Source: Candidatus Latescibacterota bacterium (GTDB taxonomy: Bacteria > Latescibacterota > UBA2968 > UBA8231). From it: a stretch of DNA of 64,000 nt. Positions 57,188 through 64,000 of the stretch are shown piece by piece. The position numbers were made by a program, and so were the translations under genes. Numbering within the stretch: the stretch's first letter is position 1; every line of letters begins with the position of its first letter. A model generated the notes under the pieces. That model ran no database searches. It was given only the letters and a program-made list of their open reading frames with translations, and had not been told where the DNA came from. The stretch covers positions 544,001 to 608,000 of the forward strand of contig CBDCSU010000005.1 of the NCBI GenBank assembly GCA_965221775.1, in the 5' to 3' direction.

Positions 57188-57456
57188 GGGTGGGGCGCCT
57201 CTCCTGACTTGTCGGCGGCCTCCCGGCGGACCAACGCCAGCACGAGGCCCGCCTGGACCCCCGCCGCGGCAACCGCGGCGACGGCCAGCACCCGCCCATC
57301 GGCGCCGAGGAGGGCCACCACGGCCATCACCCCGCCGAGGATCCCGACCTGCCCGGCCACCAGCGGCGCGAGGGCATGAGACCGGAGCAGGGCGGCCCCG
57401 ACGCCGGCGGCCAGGAGCAACGCGGCCAGCGCCAGGACCCATGCGGTCGCGGTCAC
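57184..57456 (-). CDS. Degenerate NuoK-like subunit
   Basis: 90 aa, three TM helices, position between J and L; both conserved Glu absent. Confidence 0.55.
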   Translation of the reverse strand: MTATAWVLALAALLLAAGVGAALLRSHALAPLVAGQVGILGGVMAVVALLGADGRVLAVAAVAAAGVQAGLVLALVRREAADKSGEAPHP

Positions 57457-57914
57457 GAGGCCTCCATGCCGGGATCCGGCCGCCGACAGAGGGCGCCGAT
57501 CCCGACCACCGCCGAGAGCAGCAACAGTGCTCCGAGGACGACGGCCGGAACGCCGCTGCGCGGCGGCTCCGCGGGCGGGGGCGGTCCTGCCGCCGAGGCG
57601 GCGGCCAGGGCCGTGGCCAGGACCGCCCCCAGCCCCAGGACCACGATCGCCGACAGGAGCCGGGGCGGAGGGCTGGCGCCGCTGGCGGTCAGCGCCGCCG
57701 GCGACGAGGCCGCCGCCAGCCCCACCGCCGCCTGCACCAGGAGCACGGCGGCGGCGGTGAAGGCGTCGTGCAGGGCGGCGATGGCGGCCACCCCGGCCCC
57801 GGCGAGACCCAGGCAGACGCAGGCGCCGTGGGGCGAGCGCCAGCAGGCGGCGGCGAGGGCGCCCCCACCGGCGGCGGCGGTGGCGGCGAGAAGGATCAGC
57901 TCCACGGCAGCCAC
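57453..57914 (-). CDS. Degenerate NuoJ-like subunit
   Basis: Hydrophobic ORF, RSP..A...L...G, A.F.A...., LLL.AVVG..AL; operon position. Confidence 0.5.
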   Translation of the reverse strand: MAAVELILLAATAAAGGGALAAACWRSPHGACVCLGLAGAGVAAIAALHDAFTAAAVLLVQAAVGLAAASSPAALTASGASPPPRLLSAIVVLGLGAVLATALAAASAAGPPPPAEPPRSGVPAVVLGALLLLSAVVGIGALCRRPDPGMEAS

Positions 57915-58828
57915 CCCGCGGAGCGGAGGACCGAGAGGGCGAGGTCGATCAGGGCGAGGGGGACGATGCGCGTCCAGGCCGCGCGCGCGAGCCCCGCGGG
58001 CGTGCCGTCCGACAGGCTGGACCCGAGGACCACGGCCGAGGCCAGCACCGCGGCGGCGGTCAGACCGGGCAGGATCTCCACCCAGCCGGCCGCCGCCGGC
58101 AGGCCGCCGCCGAAGAGGTGGTAGGCGAGGAGGGCGGCCGCCCCCATCTGCAGGTACCGCGACAGGGACAGCCACACCGGTGCCGTTCCGGAGGCCGGAC
58201 GCAGCCCCGCCCGGCGGCCGCCGAGCACCGATCCGGTGCAGCGGCAGAGGATGGCGAGGGCCCCGACCCAGGCCGCCGCCCCCGCCGGATGGGACCACAG
58301 GGGCCAGGCCCCCGGGGTGCGGGAGTACGCCGCCAGCACCGGACCGCCGTCGATGACCAGCGCCGCCGCCACCAGCAGAACCGCCAGGTGGCATCCGATG
58401 ATGGCCCCGGCGCCCGCCATCAGGGCCCGTTGCCCCTCGGCCCCGGCCAAGGCCGCCGGCAGCAGCCACGCCTGGACCGAGACCGCCAGCAGCGCCACCA
58501 GCAGCAGGGCCTGCACCGTTCCGCCCCCGGGGGCCACCCCCGGAAGAGACAGGCCTCCCACGCCAGCGCCGGGGGGCAGCAGAGCGACCAGGGCCAGAGC
58601 CGGCAGCAGGGCGGCGAAGGCGGCGGCCCCCGCTCCGGGGGCCGGCCTTCCCGATCGTGCCATCACCTTGGCGGCGTCGGCCACGGGACCGAGGAGGGGC
58701 GGACGGCGCAGACCGTTGACGCGGGCCAGCGCCGCACGCTCGACGATGGCGCTGACGAAGGCGAGACCGAGGGTACCGAGGAAGACGAGGAAGGCGTCGC
58801 CGGAGGAGATGTCGGCAGAGGAGGTCAC
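57896..58828 (-). CDS. nuoH: Degenerate NuoH-like subunit
   Basis: VER...AR.....G...ADAAK; C-terminal W....PLAL; acidic PFDL.EAE.EL loop absent. Confidence 0.6.
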   Translation of the reverse strand: MTSSADISSGDAFLVFLGTLGLAFVSAIVERAALARVNGLRRPPLLGPVADAAKVMARSGRPAPGAGAAAFAALLPALALVALLPPGAGVGGLSLPGVAPGGGTVQALLLVALLAVSVQAWLLPAALAGAEGQRALMAGAGAIIGCHLAVLLVAAALVIDGGPVLAAYSRTPGAWPLWSHPAGAAAWVGALAILCRCTGSVLGGRRAGLRPASGTAPVWLSLSRYLQMGAAALLAYHLFGGGLPAAAGWVEILPGLTAAAVLASAVVLGSSLSDGTPAGLARAAWTRIVPLALIDLALSVLRSAGWLPWS

Positions 58829-60435
58829 GGCCGGATTTCGGGATCGGCGGAGGGGACGAGGCCGCGGCGCTGCAGCCAGCTCGACCAGCCGCCGCCGAAG
58901 GCGGGCCCCGATGTCGGATGGTCATCGTCGTCGAGGGTTCGGTAGTCGAGGCCGGCGAAGGGTTTGCATCGAGTCCGGGCCAGCCGCGCGAAGACCTGGT
59001 CCGCCGAATCGCGGTTGGGACCGCCGTGCCAGAGGGCGCTGAGGATCCACAGGTCCGGTCTGGCGTCGCCGGGAGGCTCGACGGCGGAGCGGACCCGCCG
59101 CACCCGGCCGAGGCCATCGACGAAGGTGCCCTCCTTCTCGGTCCAGGCGCTCCCGCCCGCCAGGGCGATGGCGGCTCCGTCCACGAGCGGCGACGGGGTG
59201 AGGTCGTGGGCGATGAGCCGCGTCTCCGGACCCGGAAGCGGGCCCGGGCCCTCTCCGCACAGAGAGCCTCCCACGGCGTACACCACGTCGAGGCCTGCGG
59301 GCAGGTCGCCGGCCGGAAGCGGGGACGATCCCGACGCCCGGGCGACAGCCTGGACTCCGGCCGCGTTCGGACCCCTGGAGGCGCTGATCGTGAACCCTCC
59401 GGGAAAGAGGCGGTCTCCCTCGGGGTCCGCCGCCTCCCACGAGTAGACGGCCGCTCTCCACCGGTGGGCGAGCTGGATGAGCAGGAAGGCCTCCTCGTTG
59501 GTCAGGTAGGGGCTCAGGACCACCGCGGAGCGGCGCGCCTGCTCCATCTCTTCGGCAACGCCGGCCAGGGCCGTGTCCCAGGCCGTCTCCCCGCCCTCCC
59601 GGCGCGGAGCCAGCAGGCGTTCGACCTCCGGCTGCCAGCCGTAGCGGCCGTGATCGCACAGCCAGAAGCCGCCTTCGGGGTTCTCGGGCCGGGGCTTGAC
59701 CCTCCACACACGGCCGTCGTGCACGTCCACCCGGGTGGCGCAGCCGCTGGCGCAGCCGGCGCACACGCTCGACACCCCCGTCAGCCGCCACGGCGGCGGG
59801 GCCTCGCGTTCCCCGGGGTCGCTCAAGGCGCCTGCCGGGCACAGGTCGAGAAGGTTGCCCGCCATGGGCCCTGCGGCTTCCTCACCGGCACTGGCGGCGA
59901 TGCCGGCGCCCGCCCCGCTGCCTTCGACGGCCAGCACCGGCTCCCCGGAGACCTCCTCGCCGAAGCGGACACAGCGGGTGCACAGGATGCATCTGCGGCG
60001 GTCGAGGACGAGCCGCGGCCCGAGGACGAGACGCTCCGGCGCCTCCGGCGCCTCGGAAGGCGTTCGGCCGCCCCCGGCAACCCTCACCGCCTCCTGCAGC
60101 TCGCACTCGCCCGCCCGCTCGCAGACGGCGCAGTCCGCCGGATGGCGCAGCAGCAGGTCGTCGAGCACGCGCTCCCGGGCCTCCGCCGCTTCGGGCGCAT
60201 CGAGGGAGACCGACATCCCCCCGCCGACCCTGTGATTGCAGGTGGTGATCAGCTCCGGCCCCCCCGGCCCCTCCAGGGAGGCCAGGCACAGACGGCAGGA
60301 GGCCGGCGCCGAGAGGGCCGGATGGAAGCAGGGGTGCGGCAACGGGCGGCCAGCCGACAGCAGGGTCGTCAGGAGGTTCGCCCCCTCCCGAGCCTCCACG
60401 GCCTCCCCGTCCACGTGGATGGTGACGATGGCCAT
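58825..60435 (-). CDS. nuoG: NuoG-like Fe-S subunit (short, 536 aa)
   Basis: CFHP.L....CRLC...C; HPADCAVC...GEC.LQ; CILCTRC...CPAGAL; CAGCASGC...CDHGR. Confidence 0.82.
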   Translation of the reverse strand: MAIVTIHVDGEAVEAREGANLLTTLLSAGRPLPHPCFHPALSAPASCRLCLASLEGPGGPELITTCNHRVGGGMSVSLDAPEAAEARERVLDDLLLRHPADCAVCERAGECELQEAVRVAGGGRTPSEAPEAPERLVLGPRLVLDRRRCILCTRCVRFGEEVSGEPVLAVEGSGAGAGIAASAGEEAAGPMAGNLLDLCPAGALSDPGEREAPPPWRLTGVSSVCAGCASGCATRVDVHDGRVWRVKPRPENPEGGFWLCDHGRYGWQPEVERLLAPRREGGETAWDTALAGVAEEMEQARRSAVVLSPYLTNEEAFLLIQLAHRWRAAVYSWEAADPEGDRLFPGGFTISASRGPNAAGVQAVARASGSSPLPAGDLPAGLDVVYAVGGSLCGEGPGPLPGPETRLIAHDLTPSPLVDGAAIALAGGSAWTEKEGTFVDGLGRVRRVRSAVEPPGDARPDLWILSALWHGGPNRDSADQVFARLARTRCKPFAGLDYRTLDDDDHPTSGPAFGGGWSSWLQRRGLVPSADPEIRP

Positions 60436-61752
60436 TCAGAACCGCACGTGGATGCTCTCGGGGGACTTCATGGACAGATCCTTGGCCACCGGGCAGCCGC
60501 CGTCCAGATGGGCCTCGAACTCCTCGGCGAAGGCGGCGGCCAGGGCGCTGACCGCGGAACCGGCGAGGGGTCCGTGCCCGCACAGGGCCAGGGACGAGGT
60601 CAGGGACGCGGTCCTGGAGCGCAACTGCTCCAGCTCCCCCGCGCTCGAGGCGCCGGCCTCGAGCCGCTCGAGGGCGCCGGCAGCCCAGGCCAGACCCTCG
60701 CGGCATGGCGGGCACTGGGCGCAGGACGCGCCGGCCAGGGAGGACGCCACCAGCCGCGCCGTGTCCACGGCGCAGACCGTCTCGTCGGCGACGATGACGG
60801 CCCCCGAACCGAAGTCGCCGTCGAGGCCGCCGCCGCCGGGGCGGCTCCAGGCCCCGGGATCGACGGGCCGGTCGAGATCGGCCTCGCGCAGCACGGGCCG
60901 GGAACCGTACCCGGAGTGGAGGACGAACTTCAGGGGCCGGCCTTCCGGCGTCCCCCCCGCCAGCCCCTCCACCAGACCGCGGAAGGTGCCCGAACCGAGG
61001 GCCACCTCATACAGACCCGGGCGGCGCACGAGGCCGCTGATGCAGAAGACCTGGGTCCCCGGCGCCGAGGCGCTGCCCACGGCGCGGAAGGCGGCGCTCC
61101 CCCCCGCCATCACCCGCGGCAGGTAGCCGAGGGTGGAGGCGGTATGCACGGCGGCAGGCTCACCGAAGAGGGTGGCGGCCGGCCCCCGGGTGCCGTCCGC
61201 TGCCCTCGGCTCGGGGCGGCCGCCCTCGATCAGGTTGAGGGGCAGGCTGTCGCCCGCGGCGATCGGCAGCGGTCCGGGCACCGGGTGCAGGTGGATGGCC
61301 AGACCGTGGCCGCCGATCTCTCCCGCCTCGCCCAGTTCCGCAAGGGCCGCGGCCAGGGCCTTCCGCGCCCGCAGCGCGTCGGCGCGGATGCAGAGGAAGG
61401 CCGCCGAGGCGCCGGTGGCCAGGGCGGCGATACGCACGCCCTCCAGCAGCCGGTGGGGGTGGCGCTCCGCCAGCTTGCGGTCGCGGAAACGGCCCGGCTC
61501 CGGCTCCAGCAGGTCGGCCACCAGGTAGCGGGCGCCGCCGCGCTCCCTCAGGGCCTGCCAGCGCTCCCCCACCGGCCGCCAGGAGCCGCCGCGGCCTCTC
61601 AGGCCGGAGGCCGTCACCTCCTCCGCCACCCCCTCCGCTCCCAGGGCCCGGGCCCGGTCGATGCCCTCGCCGCCGCCGCCCCGGCAGTAGACCTGGTAGC
61701 GCTCGACGTCGGGCACGTCGATGCCCTCGAAGAGCAGGCGGTGCTCGTTCAC
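60436..61752 (-). CDS. nuoF: NuoF-like subunit with altered FMN/NADH site
   Basis: SGLRGRGG, EPEPG.F.DR, GSGA.IV, SCAQC.PCREG...CGHG. Confidence 0.8.
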   Translation of the reverse strand: MNEHRLLFEGIDVPDVERYQVYCRGGGGEGIDRARALGAEGVAEEVTASGLRGRGGSWRPVGERWQALRERGGARYLVADLLEPEPGRFRDRKLAERHPHRLLEGVRIAALATGASAAFLCIRADALRARKALAAALAELGEAGEIGGHGLAIHLHPVPGPLPIAAGDSLPLNLIEGGRPEPRAADGTRGPAATLFGEPAAVHTASTLGYLPRVMAGGSAAFRAVGSASAPGTQVFCISGLVRRPGLYEVALGSGTFRGLVEGLAGGTPEGRPLKFVLHSGYGSRPVLREADLDRPVDPGAWSRPGGGGLDGDFGSGAVIVADETVCAVDTARLVASSLAGASCAQCPPCREGLAWAAGALERLEAGASSAGELEQLRSRTASLTSSLALCGHGPLAGSAVSALAAAFAEEFEAHLDGGCPVAKDLSMKSPESIHVRF

Positions 61753-62168
61753 GCCGCCTCTCCCGAGACCAGGTCGTCGAGGCGCCCGGGGGTCAGCCCC
61801 TCGAAGAGGCGACCCCCGCGCTCGAAGGCGGGTGCCGCCGAGCAGACGCCGAGGCAAGGGACGGGGATCACGAGATCGCCGAGACGTTCTCGCATCCGGC
61901 GGACGACCTCGTCGCCCCCCATGAGCCGGCAGCTCAACCCCGCGCAGACGCGCACCCGGTCCCGGGACCGGCCGGCGCCGCGGCTGGAGGCGATCCCGGC
62001 GACGGCGGCGGCCGACAGTCCCGTGAGCCCGGCGATCCAGCGCGCCGCCTCGAGCTCGCAGGCGCCGCGGTCGGTCAGCACCAGGTCGATGAGGGGCATC
62101 AGGGCCCCGGAGGGCCTGGGGTAGCGGCTCAGCAGCTGCCGGGCGCGATGCTCCAGGGCCTCGTTCAC
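61749..62168 (-). CDS. nuoE: NuoE-like [2Fe-2S] subunit
   Basis: YP...ALMP; VCAGLSC...CLGVC..AP. Confidence 0.78.
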   Translation of the reverse strand: MNEALEHRARQLLSRYPRPSGALMPLIDLVLTDRGACELEAARWIAGLTGLSAAAVAGIASSRGAGRSRDRVRVCAGLSCRLMGGDEVVRRMRERLGDLVIPVPCLGVCSAAPAFERGGRLFEGLTPGRLDDLVSGEAA

Positions 62169-63685
62169 CGGTCCATCTCGGAGGCGATGACGTTGAGGCT
62201 GGCCACCACCTGCGGTGCCTGGGCGTAGCCGACGCCCGCCAGCAGCGCCGGGAGGACGCGGAAGTGGTACAGCGAGGGCGAGCGCAGGTGGACCCGGACC
62301 GGGCCGCCGGCGCCGTCGGAGACCAGGTAGAAGGCCAGCTCGCCGTCGGCGGACTCGATGGGGAGGTAGATGTCGGACCGCTCGGGACGATACCCGTGCC
62401 CGTCCATCCAGCGCTCGAAGTGGTCGATCAGCTCGGCGGGCTCCGTGGAGCGCACCGTCGGCCGGGGGGCCTCGTGGGCCAGGGTCGGTCCGCCGGGGGC
62501 GCCGGCCAGGCACTGGCGGGCGATGGAGAGGGACTCCCCCATCTCCTCGATGCGAACCCGCGTGCGCTCGACGACATCGCCGGAGTCGGCCGTGGGCACC
62601 CCGAACCGGACCTCCCCGTAGGCGAGGTAGGGCTCGGTGCGCCGCACGTCGAGGTCGATGCCCGCGGCGCGGGCGGCCGGCCCCGTAACCCCGGCGCCCA
62701 GGGCCTCGGCGGCGTCGAGAACCCCGGCGCCGGAGAAGCGGCGGCGCCAGTCCCGGTGGCCCACCGTGCCGCGCAGGGCATCGGCGCGCAGCCGGTCGAC
62801 GGCGCCCCCCAGGTCGGCCAGCAAGCGGCCGGCGCCGGCGGGCACGTCGGCGGCGATCCCGCCGATGCGCTGGGTGCCGGTGGCCCAGCGGCAGCCGCTG
62901 GCGGCGGCGAGAAAGCGCGCCGCCGCCTCCCGGGCGGTCAGGGCCTGGCCCCACAAGACCGAATCGGGCCCCGCCAGGTTGGCCAGCCAGGCGCAGTGGG
63001 CGGCGATGCGGCTGATCTCGGCCAGCAGCATGCGCACCCAGGTGCACCGGGGCGGCGGCTTGATCCCCAGCAGGGCCTCGGCGGCGAGGATCGCCGCCAG
63101 GCCGGGCACGAACGGCGCCTGCTCGTTGAGGCTCTCGGCCAGCACCGGCAGCTGGGCCCAGGTACGGCTCTCGGCGAGTCTCTCGAAGCCGCTGTGGAGC
63201 CGTCCCGGGCGGGCCGTGGCCGTTTCGATCCGGCCGCCGCGCAGGCGCGCCCCCAAGTCGAGCCGGAAAGGGGTGGCCTCGGAGGGGTCGGGGATCGGCA
63301 CCTCCCCCTCCGGCGGCGGCGGCATCTCTCCGGGGACCATGGCCGGCGGCGCGGGGAACAGCGGCCGCAGGTCCTCCCGCCCCTCGATCCGCATCCCGAA
63401 GCGGCCGGCCATCTCCCGCTCCGGCCAGTCGGCGGCGGGCCAGATGTGGGCCAGCCCCGGCAACTCGCCGGCCCCGGTGGCGGTCAGCCGGATCCGGTTC
63501 CCCGCGGCCGAGCGGAGCTGGTAGACCGCGCGGAGTGGAGAGTCGGTGCCGGCGCCGCCCACGGCGGTGAGGTCGACGAGATGCAGCGTCGGGTCCGCCG
63601 CCAGCAGCGCCTCCACCTGCGGCTCCAGCCGGCCGGCGGAGACCTCCATGGCCGCCGCGGCCTCCGGCGGGGCGGCGGCCGTCAC
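62165..63685 (-). CDS. nuoCD: Fused NuoC/D-like subunit with altered quinone site
   Basis: WPAADW.ERE...FG; G.LH.G.E.L.E; E..RI..H; GVTGP..R; GE..FY; RSPS; EMDR end. Confidence 0.8.
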   Translation of the reverse strand: MTAAAPPEAAAAMEVSAGRLEPQVEALLAADPTLHLVDLTAVGGAGTDSPLRAVYQLRSAAGNRIRLTATGAGELPGLAHIWPAADWPEREMAGRFGMRIEGREDLRPLFPAPPAMVPGEMPPPPEGEVPIPDPSEATPFRLDLGARLRGGRIETATARPGRLHSGFERLAESRTWAQLPVLAESLNEQAPFVPGLAAILAAEALLGIKPPPRCTWVRMLLAEISRIAAHCAWLANLAGPDSVLWGQALTAREAAARFLAAASGCRWATGTQRIGGIAADVPAGAGRLLADLGGAVDRLRADALRGTVGHRDWRRRFSGAGVLDAAEALGAGVTGPAARAAGIDLDVRRTEPYLAYGEVRFGVPTADSGDVVERTRVRIEEMGESLSIARQCLAGAPGGPTLAHEAPRPTVRSTEPAELIDHFERWMDGHGYRPERSDIYLPIESADGELAFYLVSDGAGGPVRVHLRSPSLYHFRVLPALLAGVGYAQAPQVVASLNVIASEMDR

Positions 63686-64000
63686 GGAGACTCCTGCCGG
63701 GCGGGCCGCCCCCCCCGGCGCCCGGCGTGGATCAGGGCGATGGCGATGACCAGGACGAGGAGCAGCATCGGAAGGAAGCCCCCGGCGCTTTCGGACTCGG
63801 CGGCCAGGAGCACGAGGAGCACGACGGCGCCGGAAAGGGCCGGGGCGAGCCAGGCGAGGGGCCGCCATGGGTCACCGGTCTCGACCTCGCCGGCGGCGGG
63901 CTCAGCGGACGACGGGGTCTCCCTGACGGGGCCGGCGAGGGCCCGCCGCAACAGGGCGGCCAGTACCCCCAGCAGCAGCCAGAGGCCGAAGTAGGTGAAG
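63682..64000 (-). CDS. Degenerate NuoA-like membrane protein (runs off right edge)
   Basis: Frame open to window edge (FTYFGLWLLLGVLAALL...); three hydrophobic segments; stop overlaps nuoCD GTG. Assignment is positional. Confidence 0.45.
   Translation of the reverse strand, partial: FTYFGLWLLLGVLAALLRRALAGPVRETPSSAEPAAGEVETGDPWRPLAWLAPALSGAVVLLVLLAAESESAGGFLPMLLLVLVIAIALIHAGRRGGRPARQESP

Noticed and set aside
62165-63685. Group 4 NiFe hydrogenase or Mrp interpretation of the nuo-like operon
   Set aside because: No CxxC nickel ligands at either end of the D domain; order and E/F/G content follow nuo.
52649-64000. Calling the nuo-like genes pseudogenes
   Set aside because: No frameshifts or internal stops over ~11 kb, overlaps preserved and Fe-S ligands selectively kept; decay is not excluded but not demonstrated.

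Overview
High-GC bacterial chromosomal window, almost fully coding; no rRNA, tRNA, CRISPR array or mobile element seen. The secreted-protein C-terminal motifs suggest a diderm FCB-related lineage such as Latescibacterota (inference, not checked). Left to right: two ATP-grasp-like genes, a fucokinase-like GHMP kinase and fabI; a DUF2064-type glycosyltransferase; a catabolic operon (triple RidA-like protein, ComD/E-like TPP decarboxylase, LarA-like protein, KduD-like SDR); a ~20 kb cell-surface locus (9.9-29.7 kb) with three paralogous exported proteins ending in FTPNGDGxND...WDGRD...VPPGIY...VAY, a large putative outer-membrane barrel, two paralogous lipoproteins, a parvulin PPIase, an SGNH-TPR protein and a GT-C-TPR protein; gatC-pyrG-lptC/A fusion-lptB-rpoN; smc, PRTase, rmlC, SEC-C protein; an ECF sigma factor behind a sigma54-type promoter; a complete F1Fo atp operon. 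Directly upstream of atp is a frame-intact but highly degenerate complex I-like operon that lacks nuoB and nuoI, has lost most quinone-site and proton-pumping residues, yet keeps the NuoE/F/G Fe-S ligands. That operon and the surface-export locus are the best candidates for undescribed systems. All calls are from motif recognition by eye; no searches were run.
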